Below, in pieces: positions 28,197-37,453 of a stretch of DNA of 64,000 bases. Below the pieces are notes generated by a model. It worked only from the letters and a program-made list of their open reading frames with translations. It had not been told where the DNA came from and searched no databases. Within the stretch, counting starts at the first letter, position 1; each line of letters opens with the position of its first letter. Origin of the DNA: an uncultured Gammaproteobacteria bacterium (lineage in GTDB: Bacteria > Patescibacteriota > Microgenomatia > PFEM01 > JAPLYW01). The position numbers and the translations under genes were made by a program. The stretch is taken from positions 4,692-68,691 of the forward strand of contig OZ246397.1 in assembly GCA_965230945.1 (NCBI GenBank). The letters run 5' to 3'.

Positions 28197-28237
28197 TGAA
28201 TATATATTCATTATATGGTTAGGAAAAAGCTTGTCAA
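28197..28237 (-). promoter_or_regulatory. Promoter with palindromic operator TGAATATATATTCA
   Basis: TTGACA-N16-TATAAT on the minus strand; perfect 14-bp palindrome at 28197-28210. Confidence 0.6.
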
Positions 28238-28310
28238 GGGGTAATTAAAAATCAAAAGTTTTTGTAAATTTGTCATTTTTTTGCTATATTGAGATGAAAT
28301 TTATTTTTCT

Positions 28311-28730
28311 ATGGAAAGAGTAAAATCGGCAATTTTTAAATCGGCGAAATCTCTTTGGAAGGTTTCCCCTTTAATTTTAGGAACTATTTTATTAGTAAGC
28401 CTGATTTCTGTAGTAATTCCTAGATCCTTTTATATGGCCATATTTAGCAAAAATCCAATACTGGATTCTTTTATCGGTGGTTTAATCGGAAGTATCTCTG
28501 CTGGCAACCCTATAACTAGCTATATTTTCGGAGGAGAATTGCTAAAGCAAGGTATTGGTTTAATAGCCGTGACTGCTTTTTTAGTTTCTTGGGTTACTGT
28601 TGGAGTCATCCAACTACCAGCAGAATCAGCGATTTTAGGTAAAAAGTTTGCCTTCTTAAGGAACCTCACCTCCTTTATCTTTTCTATATTAGTAGCAGTG
28701 ATAACGGTATTAATTTTGAAGGTAATATGA
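28311..28730 (+). CDS. Predicted permease, half-size (DUF318/ArsP-like)
   Basis: GSISAGNPITSY, AFLVSW...LPAE..LGKKFA..RN. Confidence 0.75.
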   Translation: MERVKSAIFKSAKSLWKVSPLILGTILLVSLISVVIPRSFYMAIFSKNPILDSFIGGLIGSISAGNPITSYIFGGELLKQGIGLIAVTAFLVSWVTVGVIQLPAESAILGKKFAFLRNLTSFIFSILVAVITVLILKVI

Positions 28731-29254
28731 AAACTAAATTAAAACAAATCTCCGGTCCCTGGTATTTTTTAATAACGGTAGTTGTAGTTTATTGCCTCTT
28801 GTTTATTTTTAAACAAGATTTATTTTTTTTAAGCTTAAGCTTTTTCGGCAAAATAATTTACAAGATAATCCCTGTTTTTATTTTGGTTTTTGTCTTAATG
28901 GCTTTAACTAATTATTTTATAACCCCAGAATTAGTATTAAGGTATTTTAAAGGAAAGGGAATTAAAAAATGGTTTTTTGTTATTATCGGCGGTATTTTGT
29001 CTGCAGGGCCTATTTATATGTGGTATCCCCTTCTAGCAGAGCTTAAAGAGAAGGGTTTAAATGATGGCCTTATTGCTTGCTTTTTGTATAACAGAGCCAT
29101 AAAGATTCCTCTTCTACCTGTTTTTGTTCTTTATTTTGGTGTAAAATATATCTTAGTTCTGAGTTTGATAATGATATTTACATCTATGATGCAAGGTTTA
29201 ATAATAAATAAATTAATGGAGGTAAAATATGATAATTGCCATCGCTTCAGATAA
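28727..29254 (+). CDS. Predicted permease, partner half
   Basis: GILSAGPIYMWYPLL..LKEKG; ATGA coupling to the previous gene. Confidence 0.75.
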   Translation: MKTKLKQISGPWYFLITVVVVYCLLFIFKQDLFFLSLSFFGKIIYKIIPVFILVFVLMALTNYFITPELVLRYFKGKGIKKWFFVIIGGILSAGPIYMWYPLLAELKEKGLNDGLIACFLYNRAIKIPLLPVFVLYFGVKYILVLSLIMIFTSMMQGLIINKLMEVKYDNCHRFR

Positions 29255-29528
29255 TAAGGATATTAATTCAGAAATAAGCCCAAGAGGAGGAAGGGCTCCT
29301 TACTACTTGCTTTTTGAGGGTAAAAAACTAGTAGAGACAATTAAAAATCCTTTTGCTGTTGGCAGTGGAGGTGCCGGATGGTCCGTTGCTTATATGTTAG
29401 CCAAAAAGAAAGTTGATTTGGTTTTAGCAGGCAGAATTGGCCCCAATATGGAATTTGCTTTAAAAGAAAAAGGGATTAAATTTGAAGCAAAAACTGGGAA
29501 AGTAAAAGAGATTATTGAAAAGTTATAA
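29229..29528 (+). CDS. NifB/NifX-family FeMo-cofactor-binding-like protein
   Basis: MIIAIAS, GRAPYY, NP...GGAG, IGPN. Confidence 0.85.
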   Translation: MIIAIASDNKDINSEISPRGGRAPYYLLFEGKKLVETIKNPFAVGSGGAGWSVAYMLAKKKVDLVLAGRIGPNMEFALKEKGIKFEAKTGKVKEIIEKL

Positions 29529-29605
29529 TCTTTTAGTTATTCACTTCAAACTGGCTTCATAATATAAAGATTTTTCCTAATATAGTATGTGAATAGTAAA
29601 AGGGG

Positions 29606-29692
29606 TGGTGCCGCGGGAGAGACTCGAACTCTCACAGGTATTACCCCACAGGATCCTAAATCCTGCGCGTCTACCAATTCCGCCACCGCGGC
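29606..29692 (-). tRNA. tRNA-Leu(TAG)
   Basis: Anticodon arm CAGGA-TTTAGGA-TCCTG; long variable arm; CCA encoded. Confidence 0.95.
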
Positions 29693-29733
29693 CTGTTTCT
29701 ATTTTATCAAATTTTGTCTTAGAAGTGGAGTTT

Positions 29734-31434
29734 TTAGTGAAGTTCGGCTTTCTTTTCTTTTAAGAAAGAGCTCCAATTTTCGATGAAATTGATAAAGCCT
29801 AAAAACGGCATATCGATTAAGGCGGTAATAAAGACACTCACAATATTATATTTTTTCCATTTAGAAGAAAGCCACTGCCCTATTTTGGCTACCGGAATGA
29901 ATAAGATATCAAGTAAAAATTCCCAAAAAGTTACCTTTTCGTCAACGGTAATTTCTTTAGCTCTTTGCCTGATGACTAAGCCAGAGAAAATGACAATAGC
30001 CACAATCATGGTATTAATGAAAATAGAAGTTGGCGGTAGTTTAAAGAAATGCAAAGTCCAAATAATGGCTCCTAAAGAAGTAACCCCGGCGATAAGATAC
30101 AATAAGCCGATAAAGAAACTAAAGATTATGTTTCTCCCTTTGGAAACTTTTATTTCATAGACATCTTTTTCGTCTTTCCGGTAAACGATTTTACCAATTT
30201 CATTGGTAATTACCTCAAGATTATTTTTAGGTGGTTTTTTAGTGGTGATGGTTAAAAACAACATTAGAATTGTAGGGGCAAGGATGTCGGCAATCATAGC
30301 GTTGGGGTTAAAACGGCCATACAACCATCTGGCTAAAGGTACCTCTACCACAAATAAAGAAAAACCATTGGCAATAAAGATGGATAGGGTGGAATAAATG
30401 GCCATTTTTAGCAAGCGGCGTCTTAGTGTTTTAAATCTTTTTTCATAAGCTTCCCTAATGAGATTTTTTAGAGTCTTTGTTTCAGCAAATTTTTCTGAGA
30501 TGTTGATCGGTTTTTCAATAAGATTATCCAGAATATCACCCAGAAGGAGCCATAAGGTATTGTATCTTTCACAGAGCTTAAAAAATTTACCTGAAAGCGG
30601 GTGGAAAAGATCTTTCTCAATATTCTGGCGGATGGAAACAATGTTTTGAGCAATTTCGCTAATAGCTTCTGGTGAGGTATTATTCCAGTTAGGATATCTA
30701 TATTTTAAAAGTCGGTAGCTGATAATAGGAGCATCAAGATGGAATAAGGTCCTATGGACGGCAATATAAATTTGAATCCTCTTCTCTTCTTCGCTAATAG
30801 CTTCGGATGGATTTATTTGAATTCTTTTTTCCATTAAACTAGCCATGGAAGAGATTAAGGCGTTTTCTTTGATAGGAGGGGCTAGTGTTTCTTCTATTTC
30901 ACAGGCAGCAATTTCCAAAACCCAGTTATAAAATTGAATTTTGTTTTTACGATCTTTTAAAGAAAGATTCTTTTCGAGAATATAGATATACTTTTCTAAA
31001 ATTCGTTGCACTTCGCCGATTTTGTTTTGAGGGATTTTATCGTTGGGTAAATGCCCACCTCTAATTGATTCTAAAACTAAAGCTTCGGCAATTCTTTCTG
31101 GTTTTAGGTTCTTGACTAACTTAATACCTGAGATTTCAGAAATCAATCTACGTTTAAGTTTCCTTTCAATGGCCGTCCTTCTGACTAACTGCTCTTCTTT
31201 CCAATTAATAACCCGGATAATATTTTCATAAACAGCGGCTACTTTAGAAGCAATTTCATCAACATGAATGACAGGGATTTTCTCCTTTGGTTCTAAGCTG
31301 TCTTTGTATTCCTGATATCCTTTAATTAATCTTTGGATACCTTCAGACAACTCTTCTCTATAGGCAGTTTCCGAAGTGGTTGAGAAATGACTCGTTTCTT
31401 TGGAGAAAATAGTTTTATCTTCTTTATCTTCCAT
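29734..31434 (-). CDS. Large hypothetical protein with C-terminal TM bundle
   Basis: 566-aa ORF; soluble N-terminal region and about four TMs. Confidence 0.75.
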   Translation of the reverse strand: MEDKEDKTIFSKETSHFSTTSETAYREELSEGIQRLIKGYQEYKDSLEPKEKIPVIHVDEIASKVAAVYENIIRVINWKEEQLVRRTAIERKLKRRLISEISGIKLVKNLKPERIAEALVLESIRGGHLPNDKIPQNKIGEVQRILEKYIYILEKNLSLKDRKNKIQFYNWVLEIAACEIEETLAPPIKENALISSMASLMEKRIQINPSEAISEEEKRIQIYIAVHRTLFHLDAPIISYRLLKYRYPNWNNTSPEAISEIAQNIVSIRQNIEKDLFHPLSGKFFKLCERYNTLWLLLGDILDNLIEKPINISEKFAETKTLKNLIREAYEKRFKTLRRRLLKMAIYSTLSIFIANGFSLFVVEVPLARWLYGRFNPNAMIADILAPTILMLFLTITTKKPPKNNLEVITNEIGKIVYRKDEKDVYEIKVSKGRNIIFSFFIGLLYLIAGVTSLGAIIWTLHFFKLPPTSIFINTMIVAIVIFSGLVIRQRAKEITVDEKVTFWEFLLDILFIPVAKIGQWLSSKWKKYNIVSVFITALIDMPFLGFINFIENWSSFLKEKKAELH

Positions 31435-31471
31435 GAGATTATTATATTACAACTAGTATAAAAGGAAAAAC

Positions 31472-32026
31472 TTAGATAGTCAAAGTTAGTGTCTTAAGAC
31501 ACTCGTAGGATTTAAAGCTGTCAATTTTATTTATAAAGTAACACACTTTACTTGCCCAGGAAGGTGAAGGAGGGGCATAAACAGGCCCTATTTTTTCAGG
31601 GGTATCCAAGCCACGATCAATATATTTTTCTTTTAGAGTTTTAGCTACTTGCTTAATAGACTCATCCCAAGAGTTAAAGCTATAGTTGCCATTGACCCAA
31701 CCATAGGCGTTGAAAGAATTATAGGGAATTTTTTTACCAAAGGTAGATTCGACTCCAGTAATGGCGGGAATTAATCGCCAATCCAAGCCGTATTCATCAG
31801 CAATCTTAATAAAGTTTTCTGTTTCAGAAACTAAAGGAGAATTGTAGAAATCTAAAAATTTCTTTAGTTGTTCTACGCGACAGTCCTTGTTTTTAATAAA
31901 TAATTCGTTTCTTAGGACAGCAGAAGTACCAGCCAAAAGGATTTTGTTATCATAAGCCTTAACTGGTCTGACCAGGAAAATTACTGCACAGAGGGCAGTA
32001 AGGAAACCGAAAAGCAGTTTTTTCAT
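31472..32026 (-). CDS. Secreted lysozyme-fold (glucosaminidase-like) protein
   Basis: YGLDWRLIPAITGVESTFG, NAYGW, YAPPS..WA. Confidence 0.75.
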   Translation of the reverse strand: MKKLLFGFLTALCAVIFLVRPVKAYDNKILLAGTSAVLRNELFIKNKDCRVEQLKKFLDFYNSPLVSETENFIKIADEYGLDWRLIPAITGVESTFGKKIPYNSFNAYGWVNGNYSFNSWDESIKQVAKTLKEKYIDRGLDTPEKIGPVYAPPSPSWASKVCYFINKIDSFKSYECLKTLTLTI

Positions 32027-32048
32027 AAGCTGGGCTTATTTGCCCATT

Positions 32049-32089
32049 AAAAAATCCTAAAGTATCGGAATTAACCTATACCTTAGGAT
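32049..32089 (-). terminator. Terminator-like hairpin in the 5' leader of the 31472-32026 gene
   Basis: ATCCTAAGGTAT...ATACTTTAGGAT plus T run, downstream of TTGACA-N17-TAAAAT. Confidence 0.6.
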
Positions 32090-32178
32090 CTGGTTTAAAT
32101 TTTAGCAAAATTATAGTGATTTGTCAAGTTTTTTATAGGATAGATGTTTTGGGGATAAAGAGTTTGCTTATTAGCCAG

Positions 32179-32850
32179 TTAGAACTGGATGAAGTAGTTA
32201 ATTTTAGCGTTTTGTTTTAATTCCTCTAACCAAGGTTGAAATCTAATACTAAATTCTTGTTGGAGAAGAATCTTTTTAATTACTTCTTTATTGTCCTTAA
32301 GATTGCTGTCTTTGGGGAAGGACTCCTTATTTTCCTCGAAGTATTCAGCTATTTGTTCATCAGTGATTTCAATATCCTTACTAATAAGTTTCTCTATGAG
32401 GATTTGGTTTTTTAATTCTGTTTCTAGGTCCTTTCTAGTCTGGCCTTGGGTGGCTAGAATATTATCCAGGTTTTGTCCTTGGGAATCTAGTTGCTCTTCA
32501 ATCTCCTTAATCTTCTCGTCAATGGCTGCTTTGCTAATGGTAATCTTTTGTCTTTTACCTTCCTGCTGGATTAACATTTCGTTGATCTTCATATCTAAAA
32601 TTTCTTTACCCAGTTGTTTTTCCAGAGCTCTGTCTAAAGTGAAACGGGTAATGGGTTTATAGTTAACGGTGGCGACAATAAACCAGTTTTTTAAAAAAAA
32701 GAAACCTGCTAAAAAAACTAAAATAGAGATGATAAGTAAAAGATTTGTACCCTTTAAGGAATTTTTACAATAAGCAACAAGATTAATTTTGAATTTCTTT
32801 TTAGAAGAAAAGATTTTTTTAAAGATATTCTCGCTTTTTTTCTTAGACAT
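32179..32850 (-). CDS. SurA/PrsA N-terminal-like foldase
   Basis: TM then VATVN..PIT, ITDEQIAEYFEENK, WLEELK..AKI; no parvulin domain. Confidence 0.8.
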   Translation of the reverse strand: MSKKKSENIFKKIFSSKKKFKINLVAYCKNSLKGTNLLLIISILVFLAGFFFLKNWFIVATVNYKPITRFTLDRALEKQLGKEILDMKINEMLIQQEGKRQKITISKAAIDEKIKEIEEQLDSQGQNLDNILATQGQTRKDLETELKNQILIEKLISKDIEITDEQIAEYFEENKESFPKDSNLKDNKEVIKKILLQQEFSIRFQPWLEELKQNAKINYFIQF

Positions 32851-32969
32851 TTTGATGAGTTTATCATAAAAAAAGTTAATTGCAAATAGTATATTTTGAT
32901 GAAGAACAAATAATTTAGAATATTTCTTCCTACCCTCTGCTCTGTTTTATTTAATGATATTACAAAAAA

Positions 32970-33740
32970 CTACTTGTTCTTTTTAGCTAAGATAAAGATG
33001 GACGGAGCTAAGTAAGTGTTCAGGGTTGCGCTTATTTCTTGATATCTTTTTTCTAACAAAAGAAGGATTTTAAAAGGAATGAGTTTTTTAAAAAAGGAAT
33101 GGCGTAGATTGGAAACGGAAAGATGGCTGACAATTTTAAAACCATTACTTAAAAGAAGAGTTTTTATTTGATTGGGATGGTAGTTTAAAAAAGGAGGTGT
33201 TTTTCTTTTTTGGGTAATGTCTTTTGGCTTATGCTCCATAAGAAATTTCAAATTCATGCAAGACAAGGCCTTAAGGCGATTTTTTAAGTGAGCTTTGTTG
33301 GCGAATTCTAAGATAAGGAAACCTTTTGGCCTTAAGATGCGATTGATTTCCTTTATTATTACTTCCGGATCTTTTAGATGATGTAAAACTCTGATTAACA
33401 AGGCTACATCAAAACTTTGGTTGCTAATAGGTAGTTTTTCTATGGAAGTTTTTTTGACGGTGAAGTTTTTGTATTTTTCTTGAAGTTTTTGGGTTTCTTG
33501 AAGGAGTTTCTCAGAAGGTTCGACAAGAAGAGACTTTTTAAACGAGGGGGCGTATTCAGGCGTTAGACGGCCAAATCCTCCAGCGATATCAACGATCTTT
33601 TTGCTTTTCTTACTTGGAATTAAGCTAAGAAGCTTTTTTAAAGCGATTTTTTCTGATTGGTTTTCGTAAGCTCTACTTTCCCAATACTTTTGGTAGTTAA
33701 AAAAAGGATAGTCGTAACAAGGGGTTGTTTTTTTAGACAT
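32970..33740 (-). CDS. Class I SAM methyltransferase
   Basis: VDIAGGFGRL, RVLHHL, RILRPKG. Confidence 0.88.
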   Translation of the reverse strand: MSKKTTPCYDYPFFNYQKYWESRAYENQSEKIALKKLLSLIPSKKSKKIVDIAGGFGRLTPEYAPSFKKSLLVEPSEKLLQETQKLQEKYKNFTVKKTSIEKLPISNQSFDVALLIRVLHHLKDPEVIIKEINRILRPKGFLILEFANKAHLKNRLKALSCMNLKFLMEHKPKDITQKRKTPPFLNYHPNQIKTLLLSNGFKIVSHLSVSNLRHSFFKKLIPFKILLLLEKRYQEISATLNTYLAPSIFILAKKNK

Positions 33741-33762
33741 AGGTTTACTCTATCACGAAGAA

Positions 33763-34347
33763 TTAAAAATCACCGTATTCAAGTTCTTCCATGAACTGAC
33801 TGACACACTTTGCCCAGGGACCACCTTTTGCAACTGAGGGAGGGGCATATTTAGGCATGATTTCTTCGGGGGTGGTTAAGCCTTGGTCAAGATAACGTTC
33901 CCTTAAAGTTTTGGCCACTTGATTAAAAGCTTGTTCCCACGATAAGAACTTTGTCTTGCCGTTTTCAAAACCCCAACAGTTATAGGAATCCGGGGGTGAT
34001 TTTTTGCAGAGATTTGATTCACACTGGGCAATGGCCACAATCAAGCGGTAATCAACATCATATCTTTCCGCTGCTTCAAGGAGCTTATCGGCATAGGGAA
34101 AAAGAGGAGAGTTATGTTTTCGGAGGTAATTTTCGATAATGATCGGGCGGGCATCAGCACTATTTATCTCCCCTAAGACTTCACCTGTGTCTTGAGGTAG
34201 GGCGGCATAGAATTGTCCTGAAGGGACGGTTGACTTAGCCAACACTTCTTTCTCAGAATTAGTTATTTGATTGAGGGAGAAAAAAGCTACCACTAAGGTT
34301 AAAGGGGTAAAAAGGATAAAAACTAAGCACAAAAATATCTTTCTCAT
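33763..34347 (-). CDS. Second lysozyme-fold (glucosaminidase-like) protein
   Basis: VDYRLIVAIAQCESNL, YNCWGF, KYAPPS; start at MRKIF preferred. Confidence 0.75.
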   Translation of the reverse strand: MRKIFLCLVFILFTPLTLVVAFFSLNQITNSEKEVLAKSTVPSGQFYAALPQDTGEVLGEINSADARPIIIENYLRKHNSPLFPYADKLLEAAERYDVDYRLIVAIAQCESNLCKKSPPDSYNCWGFENGKTKFLSWEQAFNQVAKTLRERYLDQGLTTPEEIMPKYAPPSVAKGGPWAKCVSQFMEELEYGDF

Positions 34348-34410
34348 CGGACAGACCTGATTTATCCTGACATCTTTTGATATGTTTGTCAAGAGAAAGT
34401 AAAAAAATAG

Positions 34411-34482
34411 TGAGCCGTGCAGGATTCGAACCTGCGACCAACTGCTTAAGAGGCAGCTGCTCTACCACTGAGCTAACGGCCC
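34411..34482 (-). tRNA. tRNA-Lys(CTT)
   Basis: Anticodon arm GCTGC-CTCTTAA-GCAGT. Confidence 0.95.
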
Positions 34483-34486
34483 AATG

Positions 34487-34560
34487 CGCGCCTGGAGGGA
34501 TTCGAACCCCCAACCTCATGGTCCGAAGCCACGCGCTCTAATCCGTTGAGCTACAGGCGC
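34487..34560 (-). tRNA. tRNA-Arg(TCG)
   Basis: Anticodon arm CGTGG-CTTCGGA-CCATG. Confidence 0.95.
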
Positions 34561-34600
34561 AGAGTAACTTATTATAACATTTAAGAAGGATTTTGTTAAT

Positions 34601-34700
34601 TAATCCTATAACTTGATTGCTCTCCTCTATTTGAATATAATTCGGGCTATCTGCTGATGTTCTTTAATAATTGAATATAAATTTAAGAGAAAGGAAAGGG
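34601..34700 (+). repeat. Frame A head: promoter, boxA-like motif and SD (repeat of 38175-38286)
   Basis: TAATCCTATAACTTGA, TTTGAATATAATTCGGGCTATCTG, GTTCTTTAATAATTGAATATAAATTT and GAGAAAGGAA occur in both copies. Confidence 0.9.
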
Positions 34701-34741
34701 AAATGAGAGAGTATCCTTTAAGGTTAATTTTGCTTGGGTCG

Positions 34742-34837
34742 CTGATGTCATAATTATTGTTTAAGAAACAAAAACTTCCAATAGCTGGAAGATAATAAAT
34801 TCTTTAACCTGGTGACTCAGTCCTATTTTTTTGCCTA
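34742..34837 (+). repeat. Frame A tail: composite hairpin (repeat of 38765-38863)
   Basis: CTGATGTCA, TTGTTTAAGAAACAAAAA, CTTCCAATAGCTGGAAGA, TCAGTC and TTTTTTTGCCTA occur in both copies. Confidence 0.9.
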
Positions 34838-34862
34838 AACCTAAATTTGACTGAAGTGTAGC

Positions 34863-35615
34863 CTACTTCTTCTTTTTCAAAAATCCTTCAATTGCCCTTA
34901 GAACTTCAAGAGGGGTAACAAATACGATCGTATTATTCTTATCAGATGAAACTTCGTTTAGGGTTTGTAAGGTTCGAAGATGTAGTCCACCTGTTGATTT
35001 ACTTAATCTTTCAGCTGCTTGAGCCATGTTTCCAGCTGCTGCTTTTTCTCCTGCTGCCTTAATAATGATTGCCCTTCTTTCTCTTTCTGCTTCGGCCTGT
35101 TTGGCAATCACCCTCTTCATTTCTTTAGGCAAGACAATATCTTTTAACTCAACTGACTCAACCTTAATTCCCCATGGGTCAGTCGCTTTGTCAATGATTG
35201 ATTGAATTCGGTCAGCGACCTGATTTCTTTTAGAGAGAAGATCATCTAAGGCTGTTTCACCAACTACATTTCGCATTGTTGTTTGAGCAAGTTGGGAAAC
35301 AGCAAAAAAGAAATTTTCAACCACAATGATCGCTTTTTTAGCATCGCTTACTCGGTAATATATAACTGCATTGACCCTGGCGGAAACGTTATCTAAAGTG
35401 ATTGCTTCTTGATCAGGAACATCAACAGCTTTGACACGAATATCAACACGTTGCCAACTATTGATAATTGGCCAAACGAACCTCCAGCCAGGATCCATAA
35501 CATTTTGGAATTTGCCAAAAAGAAACCTGACGCCTTTCTCGTATTGATTAACTTGACGAATTGAAATAATAACGATGAAGATTAGGATTAGTATCAAAAT
35601 CTCAAAAAACCCCAT
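34863..35615 (-). CDS. SPFH/band-7 (slipin) family protein
   Basis: QEAITLDN, QLAQTTMRNVVG, WGIKVESVELKD, QAEAERERRA. Confidence 0.93.
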   Translation of the reverse strand: MGFFEILILILIFIVIISIRQVNQYEKGVRFLFGKFQNVMDPGWRFVWPIINSWQRVDIRVKAVDVPDQEAITLDNVSARVNAVIYYRVSDAKKAIIVVENFFFAVSQLAQTTMRNVVGETALDDLLSKRNQVADRIQSIIDKATDPWGIKVESVELKDIVLPKEMKRVIAKQAEAERERRAIIIKAAGEKAAAGNMAQAAERLSKSTGGLHLRTLQTLNEVSSDKNNTIVFVTPLEVLRAIEGFLKKKK

Positions 35616-35871
35616 TGCTCATGGATTATATCACAGTATTTTAAAAAAGACAAATGTTATTTTAAACAAAAAGTTTTGCATTCAAAACAAGGGAGTATGT
35701 AACGAAATTTACAACATAGCTATGACTATCATAAAGAACCATGGTAGGAGAGGTAATGGAAAGGCTATTGGAACAAATCTATTCAATAGAACAGAAAAAG
35801 AAAAACTTTGTTATTATTGGACAACTGATAGGATTGAATTAAAAGATGAGAATGGGGAAATATACGTGTTT

Positions 35872-36408
35872 TTACTTGTTTTTCTTTTTGTAATCTTCAA
35901 TTGCCTTTTTAATAATTTCGTAGGCTTTTTCTTTCCCACTCCATCCCTCTATTTTTATTTTTTTCTCTGGTTGTAATTCAACATAATTTTCCCAGAAGTT
36001 TTTAATTACTTTTTTGGTGTGGTTTGAAAGATCATCAAGGTCATTAATTTCCTCAAATCTTGGATCATCAGTAGGAACGGCTATTATTTTATAATCCTCT
36101 TCCTTAGAATCAATCATTCGAAGTACACCAATTGGCTTACAGGAAATAAGGCATCCAGGAAAGGTAGGAAAAGTAGATAGAACCATAATATCTAATGCAT
36201 CACCATCTTCTTTGTTATAGGTATGAGGAATAAAGCCATATTCGGCAGGATAATAAACAGCTTCGTATAAGACTCGATCTAGTCTAAAGACATGATTTTT
36301 CTTATCGTATTCATATTTATTAGTACAACCTTTGGGGATTTCAACAAAGCAGTTAACTTCAGAAGGCGGATTATTTCCTAGTGGTAGTTGGCGGACAGGG
36401 TTATCCAT
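35872..36408 (-). CDS. ppa: Inorganic pyrophosphatase (family I)
   Basis: EIPKG..KYE, LDRVL, YGFIP, DGDALD. Confidence 0.95.
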   Translation of the reverse strand: MDNPVRQLPLGNNPPSEVNCFVEIPKGCTNKYEYDKKNHVFRLDRVLYEAVYYPAEYGFIPHTYNKEDGDALDIMVLSTFPTFPGCLISCKPIGVLRMIDSKEEDYKIIAVPTDDPRFEEINDLDDLSNHTKKVIKNFWENYVELQPEKKIKIEGWSGKEKAYEIIKKAIEDYKKKNK

Positions 36409-36491
36409 AACAGATTTATTTTAGACAATTTTGTTTCCTAAATGCAAGTTTTAAGTTGATTTTTAAGAGATATTTAAATAAAATTAATTAA

Positions 36492-36941
36492 ATGATGTCT
36501 TCTAATAAGAAAAAAGGCTTTCTGTGTTCTCATTGTCATCAATTTATTTCTATAGATAGTTTTATTGGTACTCAGTTTCGTAATCACTGCCCTTTCTGTC
36601 TATGGTCAAGGCATGTTGATTTTAGAAAATTAGGTGACAGGCAATCACAGTGTCAAGGAGAAATGGGACCAATAGGGCTAACTTTTAAGCATGAAGGTTA
36701 TGATAAGTATGGCAAGCCGAAACAAGGAGAATTGATGGTTGTTCATCAATGTCTTGCCTGTGGTAGTTTTTCTATTAACAGAATTGCCGCTGATGATGAT
36801 CCAGAAGTAATTTTAAAACTCTTTAATGAATCTTGTAATATTACAGATGAATTAAAGAACAGATTAGAAGAAGAAGGAATAGATCTTCTTGCAGAGAAAG
36901 ATAAAAAGGAAATAGAAACTCAACTTTTTGGCAAAAGATAA
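36492..36941 (+). CDS. RNHCP domain protein
   Basis: FRNHCPFCLWSRHVD, GDRQSQC, HQC..CG. Confidence 0.9.
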   Translation: MMSSNKKKGFLCSHCHQFISIDSFIGTQFRNHCPFCLWSRHVDFRKLGDRQSQCQGEMGPIGLTFKHEGYDKYGKPKQGELMVVHQCLACGSFSINRIAADDDPEVILKLFNESCNITDELKNRLEEEGIDLLAEKDKKEIETQLFGKR

Positions 36942-36957
36942 TTAAACTACAGTTTCT

Positions 36958-37060
36958 TATCCTATAATTTGACTTCCCAGTACTGTTTTGTTAAGATTTA
37001 TCTTAAGAAAAATAATTGGCACTTTAAAATAAAATTTTTAATAAATTTAATTAAAGGAGA
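36958..37060 (+). promoter_or_regulatory. Frame B head: promoter, boxA-like motif and SD
   Basis: ATCCTATAATTTGACTTCCC (variant of heads A/C), TTGACT-N17-TAAGAT, TGGCACTTTAAAAT, AAGGAG. Confidence 0.7.
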
Positions 37061-37065
37061 AGAAG

Positions 37066-37320
37066 ATGTTTGATATTGATGGTAAAAATGAAGAGGAGGT
37101 TAAAGAAGGGGTTAAAGAGCATGCTAAGGTAGCTTATTTTTCCTTGGGAATATTTGGCTGTGTTTTTTTAAGTGCTTGTGCTTGGTCATTTCACAAGGCA
37201 TTTATTGATTTTAGTCTTTTTTTTCTCTTTGCAGCTTTGTTCTTCCTTGTAATGGGGTTTTTATGTATTGGTCTTTTGATTTCCTTCATTAAAAAAGGAA
37301 AGAAATTTAATAAGAAATAA
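37066..37320 (+). CDS. Orphan two-TM protein (cargo of frame B)
   Basis: 84 aa, SD-led, two hydrophobic helices, basic tail. Confidence 0.7.
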   Translation: MFDIDGKNEEEVKEGVKEHAKVAYFSLGIFGCVFLSACAWSFHKAFIDFSLFFLFAALFFLVMGFLCIGLLISFIKKGKKFNKK

Positions 37321-37453
37321 AAAGGCGGTGGTAAATTTATCTAGAAAAGTATTTATTTTTTGGTCGATTCTTGGTTTAATTTCACCGTTTGAGAAAGAAA
37401 TACAAATTTAGCTTGTATTTTTCTTATTTTCTTATAAAAAATACCGATTCAGT

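Noticed and set aside
29229-29528. Nitrogen fixation inferred from the NifX-like gene
   Set aside because: Family is common in non-diazotrophs; no nif structural genes
34259-34519. 86-aa ORF (likewise 29589-29786)
   Set aside because: Reads through tRNA genes
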